A DNA stretch of 12,853 nt from Gemmatimonadales bacterium (GTDB lineage: Bacteria > Gemmatimonadota > Gemmatimonadetes > Gemmatimonadales > GWC2-71-9), in NCBI GenBank assembly GCA_041615815.1, contig JBFJCP010000054.1, forward strand, positions 1 through 12,853, in the 5' to 3' direction. The notes under the pieces are model-generated. The model had not been told where the DNA came from. It made no database searches and saw nothing but the letters and a program-made list of their open reading frames with translations. A program made the position numbers and the translations under genes. Shown here piece after piece: positions 1-7,840 of this stretch (the first letter of the stretch is position 1; each line of letters begins with the position of its first letter).

Positions 1-791
1 ACGAACACGTATTCGCCGCCGGGCCAGTACCACGCGTTGTGCGTCTGTCCCCCCGCCGTCTGCAGCCGGCCTACCTCCACAGGATCGCCCGGCGTGCCTC
101 CCGCGACGCCGTTACCGACATCGAGGATCACCAGTCCGGCATCCCAATGCGACAGGAAGGCTAGACCGTCCCGCACGTATACGTCGTGCAGATTACTGGA
201 CCCCCCGTAGTAGCTGGCGACCGTATCCGGATTCGCCGGATCGCTGATGTCGATGACCCGGAGACCTGCGCTGGCGCTCCCGCCGTCCACGGCTGCATAG
301 ACGAAGTCGCCGTCCACCCACACGTTGTGGATCCCACTCTCCATGCTCGTCGTGAACCGGGAGGCCACCGTGGGATGTAGCGGGTCCGCCAGATCGAGGA
401 GCGTGATCCCGTTGAGGCCGTCCTGGGAGCCCTCGTGGGTGATGACGCCGAGCGTCCCGTCGGCACGGATCTTCACGTCATTGACCGTGCCGGCATCGAT
501 TTGGACCGAATCGACCAGGCTTGGTTGAGCCGGGTTCGAGATGTCCCACACGTAGAGGGTGTTGCCAGGGAGGCTGCGAGTGCTCCACGTGCCTGTATAG
601 GCCACATTCCCATGCAACCAGAGATCAGAGGTGAAGCGCGCGCTCACCACTCCTTGTCCCACGACGGAAAACGACCCCAACGGAGGTCCCGGGGGAGGCG
701 GTAGCACCTCATTGTCGTCGTCGCACGCAGGCGCCGCAACGACGAGACACGCAACCAATGCCCGCGAGGGTCTTCCGTACCAACGTCTCAC
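1..791 (-). CDS. LVIVD-repeat beta-propeller lipoprotein (C-terminus runs off the left edge)
   Basis: Translated by hand from GTG at 791, preceded by AAGGAG; open to position 1. MRRWYGRPSRALVACLVVAAPAC (signal peptide with lipobox-like Cys), then DDDNEVLPPPPGPP, then repeated blades LYVWDISNPAQP, ITLLDLADPLHP, LRVIDISDPANP, LVILDVGN, plus HNVWV/HDVYV/HNAWY motifs. Confidence 0.88.
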   Translation of the reverse strand, partial: MRRWYGRPSRALVACLVVAAPACDDDNEVLPPPPGPPLGSFSVVGQGVVSARFTSDLWLHGNVAYTGTWSTRSLPGNTLYVWDISNPAQPSLVDSVQIDAGTVNDVKIRADGTLGVITHEGSQDGLNGITLLDLADPLHPTVASRFTTSMESGIHNVWVDGDFVYAAVDGGSASAGLRVIDISDPANPDTVASYYGGSSNLHDVYVRDGLAFLSHWDAGLVILDVGNGVAGGTPGDPVEVGRLQTAGGQTHNAWYWPGGEYVF

Positions 792-1116
792 GCACGCTCC
801 TTCATCTGAGATTGACTGAACTCGGTATGAGAACCCCGCGCCGAGAAAGCGTGTTCCATCACTCCACGATCAGTCCCAGGACACTGGTCGCGCCTGCGGG
901 ATCGTTCGTCGATCCGGTCAACCGGTGAATCATCGACGTGGATCTCCCTGCCAGCGAGGCCCGCTCGCGATCTCCGCGCGTGGTGATTCGTACTCGACGG
1001 GAGGGACTTCCTGCCGATCCTTGCAGTCCGCTCACGTGCTGGATCGACCTTCGGACAAATCGCAATGCTGGACGACCACACCTCAAAGTCAAGGTCGTGC
1101 ATCACGGCCGCGATAA

Positions 1117-1132
1117 TGTGATCTCCGTGACT
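1117..1132. promoter_or_regulatory. Candidate CRP-family binding site (imperfect)
   Basis: TGTGA-TCTCCG-TGACT. AATGTGATCT (1115-1124) matches the left half of the E. coli CRP consensus; the right half matches 3/5. It abuts a TTGACG hexamer at 1132-1137 upstream of the kinase. Confidence 0.35.
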
Positions 1133-1213
1133 TGACGCCTCCCCAGGGCCCTCCCCAACTTCCGCACAGCCGCGTCGTCACGATCCCCTTGGAGCGAGTG
1201 AGCCTGCCGCGCG

Positions 1214-3841
1214 ATGCAGTGTGCCCATTGTGCGACCCCCGTCCCCGAAACGGCCCGCTACTGTCACAATTGTGGTTCGGTGGTTTCCGATGCCGAGGGA
1301 CAAGCGGCGGCCACCGCCGCCATGGACGACTCGGCCGTGCGGCACATGGAGCGCCTGCTCCGGGAGGATACCAGAGGCGAGTTCGAGATCCTGCGACAGA
1401 TCGGGCGGGGCGGCATGGCGGCCGTTTATCTGGCGCACGAGGTGCATCTCGATCGAAACGTGGCCATCAAAGTCCTTCCCCCGGAGCTGACGTTCGGCCA
1501 TGGCGTGGAGCGCTTCAAGCGCGAAGCGAAAACGGCGGCTGCCCTCGATCACATCAACATCATTCCGATTTACCGCATCGCCTCCGGCGGGAAGATCTTC
1601 TGGTACGCCATGAAGTTCTTGGAAGGCCGCTCGCTGGATGCACACATCCGCGCGGCCGGCCAGCTCTCCCTGGACGAGACGATCAAGATTCTCCAAGCCG
1701 TGGCGAATGCGCTCGACTACGCGCACCAACACGAAGTCGTCCACCGGGACGTCAAACCGGCCAACGTGATGCTGGATGCGCGGGAGCGCGTGGTCGTCAC
1801 CGATTTTGGGATCGCCAAACCGCTGACCGAGACCACGCTCACCGCCTCGGGATCGTTGGTGGGGACGCCGTACTACATGTCGCCAGAGCAGGGCATGGGC
1901 AAACCGGTGACCGGAGCGGCGGACCAGTATTCGGTGGCCGTGATGACGTATCACATGCTCACCGGACGCGTACCGTTCGAGGGCGACTCCGCGATCGAGG
2001 TGCTGCACAAGCACTGTACCGCGGCACCACCACCCATGGACTCGCTGCGGCCAGGGTTGCCCGCCCACGTGTACGCGGCCGTCAAGAAATCGCTCGAGAA
2101 AAAGGCGGATCAGCGTTTCGATTCGGTGACCGCATTCGTGGACGCGCTGATCCGGCCCGCTCCAGGGCTCGTCGTGGCGCCAACCGTAGCGGAAACTCCG
2201 ACGACCATCATACCCGCGGATCAGACCACAGCTCCGCTCCCCCAGCCGACGCGCGAGAGCACGCGCGGACCCGTGAAACCGGTCCCGCCGGCGCCGACCG
2301 CGCCCTCGACGGCGGCCGATGCAACCACACCCATGCCGGTGGCCCCCTCAGACCCGTCGATCGCGGCCGATGCAACCACACCCATGCCGGTGGCCCCCTC
2401 AGACCCGTCGATCGCAGCCGATGCAACCACACCCATGCCGGTGGCCCCCTCGGACCCGTCGATCGCGGCCGGTACAACCACACCCATGCCGGTTGGCCGG
2501 GGCGCCGACTCCTCGTATGCCGAACCCACGACTCCCATCCCCACACCACCACCACCGGTCACACGGCACCCGCGGTCGGGGACACCGCCGCCGCCAGAGC
2601 GACGACGACGCCCGGTGGTCATGCTTCTCACCGTGGCCGGGGTCCTCGCGGCCGCCACCATCGGGGTCGTGGCGGTGCGCCCCTGGGGTGGCGGAGAGGA
2701 GCAGACAACCACACCGGCATCTGCCAACCCGCTCGACGCCGGAATACCTCCTGCCGAAATGGGCGTGGTGGATGATGCTGGAACTAGTGACGCCGAGCCG
2801 ACCGACGCGGCGCCCACCCCGACGGACCGGGCGAGCGCGCCGTCTGAGACCCCAACTGAGACGGTCGCCACCCCACCACCCACGCAGCGGACGCCGCCCT
2901 CCCGACAACCAGCCGCGCCCCCCGGGGTGGACGTCGTCGCCATCCGGGCCAACGCCACCACGATGATCGAGGGCCAGACGCAGACCCTGGGCCTCCAGGT
3001 CCGAGATGCAGGCGGCCGCACCCTCACGGATCGACGCGCACGGTGGGAGGCGCGGAACACATCCGTGGCCACGGTCCGTGCCGACGGGCGTGTGTCGGCC
3101 CGCGGTCCTGGGCGCACCTACGTCGTCGCCACCGTGGAGCAGCGCCGAGACAGCGTGCTGTTGACCGTCACAGCCCAACTCGTGGACGTGGTCATTCGGC
3201 AGCGAGACACGACGCTCGCCGTGGGTCAGTCGGTACAGTTCGTGGGTCAAGCGTTGGGTACGCGCGGACCACTCACCGACCGGCGGATTGCGTGGAGTTC
3301 GAGCGATCCGACCGTGGTGAGCGTAGACGGCAATGGGCGCGTCACGGCCCGCGCCGTGGGACGCGCCGCGGTGATCGCGCAGAGTGAGACCCGGGCGGAC
3401 ACGGTGACGGTGACGGCCCGGGCGCGGCCGCAGCCGGCTGCACCCGTGGCGACACCACCACCCGCCGCGCCACCGGCACCGCCGGTGGAAGAGCAGATCC
3501 AGGCGCTGGTCACCCGATACGTCCAGCGGTTGCAGGCCAAAGACGTGCAGACGATCGACGGTCTCTACCCAGCCGTCGACGCCCAGGACCAACGCTTTCT
3601 ACGGGATCTCACCAACCTGATGACGGATGCCGACCGGGATCTCCAGGCGCGAGGCCCCACGTCCGTGGAGCCAAGGATTGAGGGCGATGCCGCGGTCGCA
3701 CGTTTTGGGGTGACGCTCAGTTACCGCAATGCCTTTGGTGCCCGGCGCTCGCGCGAGGTGCACTTCATTGCCCAGTTCCGGCAGGCGGGCAACCTCTGGC
3801 AGCTGGTGGCGTGCAAGCTGGATCCGCGGAGTCGGTTGTAG
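1214..3841 (+). CDS. Membrane-anchored Hanks-type Ser/Thr protein kinase with N-terminal zinc ribbon, Pro/Thr-rich linker, TM helix, two Big_2 Ig-like domains and a possible NTF2/SnoaL-like C-terminal domain
   Basis: CAHC..CHNC at the N-terminus; kinase motifs GRGGMAAV, VAIK, HRDVKPAN, DFG, GTPYYMSPE, DQYS all intact; TM segment VVMLLTVAGVLAAATIGVVAV after RRRRP; two W-S-S-x-x-x-x-V-x-x-V-x-x-x-G-R-V-x-A-like repeats at about 2930-3420. Confidence 0.95.
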   Translation: MQCAHCATPVPETARYCHNCGSVVSDAEGQAAATAAMDDSAVRHMERLLREDTRGEFEILRQIGRGGMAAVYLAHEVHLDRNVAIKVLPPELTFGHGVERFKREAKTAAALDHINIIPIYRIASGGKIFWYAMKFLEGRSLDAHIRAAGQLSLDETIKILQAVANALDYAHQHEVVHRDVKPANVMLDARERVVVTDFGIAKPLTETTLTASGSLVGTPYYMSPEQGMGKPVTGAADQYSVAVMTYHMLTGRVPFEGDSAIEVLHKHCTAAPPPMDSLRPGLPAHVYAAVKKSLEKKADQRFDSVTAFVDALIRPAPGLVVAPTVAETPTTIIPADQTTAPLPQPTRESTRGPVKPVPPAPTAPSTAADATTPMPVAPSDPSIAADATTPMPVAPSDPSIAADATTPMPVAPSDPSIAAGTTTPMPVGRGADSSYAEPTTPIPTPPPPVTRHPRSGTPPPPERRRRPVVMLLTVAGVLAAATIGVVAVRPWGGGEEQTTTPASANPLDAGIPPAEMGVVDDAGTSDAEPTDAAPTPTDRASAPSETPTETVATPPPTQRTPPSRQPAAPPGVDVVAIRANATTMIEGQTQTLGLQVRDAGGRTLTDRRARWEARNTSVATVRADGRVSARGPGRTYVVATVEQRRDSVLLTVTAQLVDVVIRQRDTTLAVGQSVQFVGQALGTRGPLTDRRIAWSSSDPTVVSVDGNGRVTARAVGRAAVIAQSETRADTVTVTARARPQPAAPVATPPPAAPPAPPVEEQIQALVTRYVQRLQAKDVQTIDGLYPAVDAQDQRFLRDLTNLMTDADRDLQARGPTSVEPRIEGDAAVARFGVTLSYRNAFGARRSREVHFIAQFRQAGNLWQLVACKLDPRSRL
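2312..2493 (+). repeat. Intragenic 51-bp tandem repeat, about 3.6 copies, encoding AADATTPMPVAPSDPSI
   Basis: Units start at 2312, 2363, 2414 and 2465 (partial). The full copies differ by only 0-2 nt and the unit length is a multiple of 3. Confidence 0.97.
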
Positions 3842-3898
3842 GTCCTTTCCCCCACCCCGTGGCGTCCCCTCCCTGGTGCAAGGCGTGAGGCGAAGCCC

Positions 3899-4552
3899 CT
3901 AGCCTCCCAGCCCGACCGCCAGTCCGGCGCGGAAGACGACGTTGCCACCTGCGCGGCTCCCACCCGACTCACCGATGTCCACCTCGGTCCCGTCGATCTT
4001 CACGGTGAACGCGCCAAAGGTGCCGTAACCCACGGTCACGCCCAAATCGAAATTCACCCGCCGGCTGATCGCGAACAGCAGGCCGCCACCCGCATTGCCG
4101 AGCGCTCCGGTGGCCGCGATCGAGATTTCCACCATACCCAATACCGGATCGTCGGCGGTCACGGTGCCTTGCTCACGCAAGACGGAGAGCCGCGCGGACA
4201 CATACGGGGCGACCGCGTCACTCTGCACCGGGATCACGATGCGTGGCTCGATGAAGGCACCGAAGAGCTCGAACGTGAAGTCGGCGTTGATCGTGGGATC
4301 CTGGCTGAAGATGTCGGAGCCATGCCGCGTATACTGGAAGCCGCCCCCGAGGGAGAACATGCTCGGCGTATACCGAATCTGTGCCTCGCCACCAAACCCC
4401 GGATCGATGCCCTCGAACTCGGTCCCGAACAGGACTGCGGAGAGCCCGGAAAACTGCAACGAGACGCGCTGCGCCGACTGCGCGTGTACATCCGTGGCCA
4501 GTATTGCCAGTACCATCCAAGCGCCTACAACTCTCATTCGCGCGGTGGACAT
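3899..4552 (-). CDS. Outer-membrane beta-barrel domain protein (OmpA-TM/OmpW-like)
   Basis: ATG at 4552 with GGAGG 7 nt upstream, preferred over the track's 4630 start. Signal peptide ends VHA|Q; alternating amphipathic strands (GFGGEAQIRY, VAPYVSARL, GNAGGGLLF, VNFDLGVTVGY, VVFRAGLAVGL). Confidence 0.85.
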   Translation of the reverse strand: MSTARMRVVGAWMVLAILATDVHAQSAQRVSLQFSGLSAVLFGTEFEGIDPGFGGEAQIRYTPSMFSLGGGFQYTRHGSDIFSQDPTINADFTFELFGAFIEPRIVIPVQSDAVAPYVSARLSVLREQGTVTADDPVLGMVEISIAATGALGNAGGGLLFAISRRVNFDLGVTVGYGTFGAFTVKIDGTEVDIGESGGSRAGGNVVFRAGLAVGLGG

Positions 4553-4601
4553 CGACGGCCTCCGAGGGGGAAAGGTGTGAAGAAGATCGTCACGGCTCGC
4601 T

Positions 4602-4630
4602 ACGATAGGGAAGGACCGAACCGCTCGCAA
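4602..4630 (-). promoter_or_regulatory. Putative sigma70 promoter for the beta-barrel gene
   Basis: Minus strand TTGCGA-N17-TATCGT, about 50 nt upstream of the ATG at 4552. Confidence 0.5.
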
Positions 4631-4660
4631 GGGAACGCGTCGCGGCGTTTCGTGACCACC

Positions 4661-5555
4661 TTACGCGGCCTCCGATCCCCGGCTATTCTCCGCTCGGAGG
4701 CTCGCCATTCGGCTCCAGACCCTCTCTTCCACGTTGTCCACGAACAACTGCAGGTGCGGGAAGGGTATCTCGATGCCCGCGTCGTCCAGCGCGTGCTTAC
4801 AAGCCTCCAGCACGGTCACCCGTACTTGAAGCTCGTGTTCGGCCTCACATACCCAGACTCGCACCTCGAGATTGACACTTGAATCTCCGAGCTCGGTAGC
4901 GACGACGCTCGGGCCGGGATCCGGCAACACATCCGCCACCGATTGCGCGGCGTCCAATAGGACCCGCCGCGCTTCTCTGATGTTCTCCTTGTAGGCGATC
5001 CCGACTGATACGTCGACGCGGGTTTCCCCATACAGCGAGTGGTTCACCAGCGGGTTCCCGATGATCTCCTTATTGGGCACCACGAGATAGGTGTTGTTGG
5101 GAGTGCGAATCCTCGTGGTGCGCATGGTGATGTCCACGACCTCCCCATAACTGCCTTCGGTCGTGATGTACTGACCAATCGCGAAGGGTTTGTCCCAAAA
5201 GATCAGGAACCCCGCGATGGTGGTTGGCCACCGACTCCTGGGCGGCGAAGCCGACTGCGACGCCCACGACCCCGATGCCGGCGAGAGCGGCTCCTATGTC
5301 GATCCCCAATTGCCCAGCCGCCATCACGAGTCCGAACCCCAGGACCACGAACCGATAGAGATCGCTCACCAGGAGCCGGATCAGTGTTTCGGCGAAGTCG
5401 GCTCGCCGGAGTGCGCCCCGAATCGGCGGTTGCGTCATCTTCAAGAGCACCCAGGCCGCCACGAACACCACCAAGGCGGCACCGGCTTTGGGGACAAAAC
5501 TCACCACCATCGTTGCGAGCTCGGACAGATCGAGAAGTTCGAGGATACTCTCCAT
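4661..5555 (-). pseudogene. mscS: Small-conductance mechanosensitive channel (MscS family), frameshifted by one extra base at 5222-5223
   Basis: ATG at 5555 with GGAGGT RBS. The N-terminal frame gives TM helices ending GVAVGFAAQESVAN; removing one C continues as TIAGFLIFWDKPFAIGQYITTEGSYGEVVDITMRTTRIRT...VVPN...AGIEIPFP, typical of MscS. Span is 895 nt = 298 codons + 1. May be a sequencing or assembly error. Confidence 0.88.
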
Positions 5556-5620
5556 GTCACCTCCCAAGAGAATGGACGGCGGCGCGAGCGGCCGGGATGG
5601 ATCCTGCCGGTGCCCCAGAA

Positions 5621-5636
5621 TCGGTCACATGACCGA
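5621..5636. promoter_or_regulatory. Perfect 7-2-7 palindrome, candidate operator
   Basis: TCGGTCA-CA-TGACCGA in the divergent intergenic region between mscS and the lipoprotein gene. Confidence 0.45.
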
Positions 5637-5642
5637 ACCTCC

Positions 5643-5658
5643 TGTGATACGGCTCACC
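5643..5658. promoter_or_regulatory. Candidate CRP-family binding site
   Basis: TGTGA-TACGGC-TCACC, 9/10 match to TGTGA-N6-TCACA; intergenic between divergent genes. Confidence 0.55.
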
Positions 5659-5805
5659 GCGCCAGTACCGCCACCGCCGCAGCTTTTTCGCGTGCAGCCA
5701 CACGTGGGCTGTCTCTCAAAACCCAACCACGATGATAGATGACGCGTCCCGCTGCGCCCACGGGGCCCGAGCGGGCTGTTCTCTTTGCGATCGGATACCA
5801 TTTCG

Positions 5806-7821
5806 ATGATGACGCAGAATCTCGTGAGGCTCGGCGCTGCGGTCGGCGTGATACTGGCCGTCGCCGGTTGCGATTTGACGAATACCGGCTTGGACCCGGA
5901 TCAGCCGGGAGCGGATTCGGACGTGGCCTCGCCACTCACGGGGATGGGCAACAATACGTATCTCGGGTTCGCGGGCGGCCTCTATCCGGGCGGCAATACA
6001 ATGCCCCAAGCCCACACCGATGCCGGCCTGGCCTTCGCCGCTCAGGTCCAGCCGTTGGATGCGAGCGGCAATCCCGACCCCAACGGCCGCTACGTGTTGA
6101 TCTCCATCGGCATGTCGAACACCACGCAAGAGTTCTGCAACGGGACCGGGGGCTCGGGATGCGCCTCGTGGACGTTCGCCGGGCAGGCAGCGGCTGCCGG
6201 GTCCACCAATGACGAGCAGCTGGCCATCGTCGACGGCGCTCGCGGAGGGCAACCCGCCTCCGCCTGGGAATCACCAACGAGCGAGAACTACGACATCCTT
6301 CGAGACGATCGGCTGGGCCCGCGTGGCCTGACCGAAGCACAGGTCCAAATCGCCTGGGTCAAGCAGGCCAACCCCGGCCCGGCCATTTCGCTGCCGAGCA
6401 CCGATGCCGACGCGTTCGATCTCGAGGGCCGCTTGGGTAACGTCATGCGCGCGATGCGGCAACGATACCCCAACCTCAAACTGGTCTTCGTGTCGAGCCG
6501 TATCTACGCCGGTTACGCCACGACCAATCTCAACCCAGAGCCCTACGCCTTCGAGTCCGGCTTTGCCGTGAAGTGGCTCGTCCAGGCACAGATCGACCAG
6601 ATGGCGGGCGGAGGAGGGGTCGTGGACGACGTGGCTGGCGATCTCAATTACAACTCCGCGGCGCCGTGGATTGCATGGGGGCCTTATCTGTGGGCGGATG
6701 GCGCGACCCCGAACCCGGACGGTCTGGCCTGGTTGCCGGAAGACTTCGAGGCAGACGGGACACACCCATCCCAGTCGGGCGAGGAGAAGGTGGCGACGCG
6801 CCTTCTCCAGTTCTTCCAGAATTCCGCACACACCACGGACTGGTTCTTGTCATCCGCGGCGCCGCCACCCCCTCCGCCGCCGCCACCGCCACCGCCACCG
6901 CCACCACCCGCGGGGGATACGCTGGTGGCCGTGCCCATCATGGACATGACGGGGACGTACCAGGGATTCGAGGGCGGGCTTTACCCCAGCGGCGTAAACG
7001 CCATGCCGCAAGCGCATTTTGACGCGGGGTGGGCGCTGGCCTCGCAGATCGAACCGCTCGACACCGGCGGCAATGCCGACGCCAACGGACGCATCGTGCT
7101 GCTCACGCAGGGCATGTCGAACACGGGGGCACACTCGGCCCGTTTCGTCATGTCTGCCGAGGCGGACGCGGCGGTGAACAACGCGACGATGACGATCGTC
7201 AATGGGTCGGTGAGCGGCGCGTCCACGGGGTTCTGGGATGACCCGAGCGAGTCGGCCACGTACGGGGAGGCGGCAACCCGACTCGCCGATGAGGGATTGA
7301 CCGAGGCGCAAGTCCAGGTCATTTGGGCGCTCCACGGCAACCCATCGCCGAGTGTCTCGCTACCGGATCCCAGTGCGGATGCGTTCGTCCTGCTCCGGCA
7401 GTTCGGTGACGTGCTCCGCGCGATCAAGACACGCTATCCCAATATCAAGCTGGTGTTCTTCTCGAGCCGGATCTACAGCTGCGCTCGCAGCGGCCTCAAC
7501 CCGGAGCCCTACGCCTTCGAGTCGGGGTTCTCGGTCAAATGGCTCGTGGAGGCCCAGATCAACCAGATGGCCACCGGAACCGTCGACGCCACCACCGGTG
7601 ACCTGAACTTCGAGACGGGAACAGCCCCCTGGGTGGCGTGGGGTCCCTATCTCTGGGCAGATGACGGCAACGGCCGCTCCGACGGGCTGATCTGGGAGGA
7701 CTCGGACCTGGCGGACGACTGTACCCATCCCTCGGGCACCGGCGCCCAGAAGGTGGCCGATATGCTGATGGCTTTCTTCAAGTCCGACCCGCTCACCTCG
7801 GGTTGGTTCTTGGCCAACTGA
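5806..7821 (+). CDS. Lipoprotein with two tandem homologous SGNH/GDSL-like hydrolase domains and a poly-Pro linker
   Basis: Start probably ATG 5806 or 5809. Lipobox AVAG|C. Domain 1 has ISIGMSNT...DGTHPS and domain 2 has LTQGMSNT...DCTHPS; both share GGLYP, GLTEAQVQ, YPN(L/I)KLVF.SSRIY, LNPEPYAFESGF.VKWLV.AQI, APW.AWGPYLWAD. The CDS is secure; the enzyme class is inferred. Confidence 0.85.
   Translation: MMTQNLVRLGAAVGVILAVAGCDLTNTGLDPDQPGADSDVASPLTGMGNNTYLGFAGGLYPGGNTMPQAHTDAGLAFAAQVQPLDASGNPDPNGRYVLISIGMSNTTQEFCNGTGGSGCASWTFAGQAAAAGSTNDEQLAIVDGARGGQPASAWESPTSENYDILRDDRLGPRGLTEAQVQIAWVKQANPGPAISLPSTDADAFDLEGRLGNVMRAMRQRYPNLKLVFVSSRIYAGYATTNLNPEPYAFESGFAVKWLVQAQIDQMAGGGGVVDDVAGDLNYNSAAPWIAWGPYLWADGATPNPDGLAWLPEDFEADGTHPSQSGEEKVATRLLQFFQNSAHTTDWFLSSAAPPPPPPPPPPPPPPPPAGDTLVAVPIMDMTGTYQGFEGGLYPSGVNAMPQAHFDAGWALASQIEPLDTGGNADANGRIVLLTQGMSNTGAHSARFVMSAEADAAVNNATMTIVNGSVSGASTGFWDDPSESATYGEAATRLADEGLTEAQVQVIWALHGNPSPSVSLPDPSADAFVLLRQFGDVLRAIKTRYPNIKLVFFSSRIYSCARSGLNPEPYAFESGFSVKWLVEAQINQMATGTVDATTGDLNFETGTAPWVAWGPYLWADDGNGRSDGLIWEDSDLADDCTHPSGTGAQKVADMLMAFFKSDPLTSGWFLAN
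6862..6909 (+). repeat. Polyproline tract (16 consecutive CCN codons)
   Basis: CCG CCA CCC CCT CCG CCG CCG CCA CCG CCA CCG CCA CCG CCA CCA CCC between the two domains. Confidence 0.95.
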
Positions 7822-7840
7822 GCACAACCACACGGAACGA

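Noticed and set aside
922..931. GGTGAATC as part of a ydaO c-di-AMP riboswitch
   Set aside because: The other conserved elements of that family are not visible.
788..1105. 105-aa minus-strand ORF whose TGA overlaps the LVIVD GTG
   Set aside because: No RBS or recognisable motif and Arg/Ser-rich composition; the LVIVD gene has its own RBS. A uORF cannot be fully excluded.
2312..2493. Regularly spaced repeats as a CRISPR array
   Set aside because: Head-to-tail identical units with no unique spacers, in frame within the kinase, and no cas genes.
1132..3592. Long alternate-frame ORFs (547, 296, 298 and 397 aa) over the kinase
   Set aside because: Typical high-GC shadow ORFs with no domain motifs; the same applies to those over the ompA-like, lipoprotein and photolyase genes.
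4576..4594. TGTGA...TCACG as a CRP site
   Set aside because: The spacer is 9 nt rather than 6.
4661..5137. Independent 158-aa gene
   Set aside because: It is the C-terminal half of the frameshifted mscS; MscS similarity continues upstream of this start in the same frame to about 5221.
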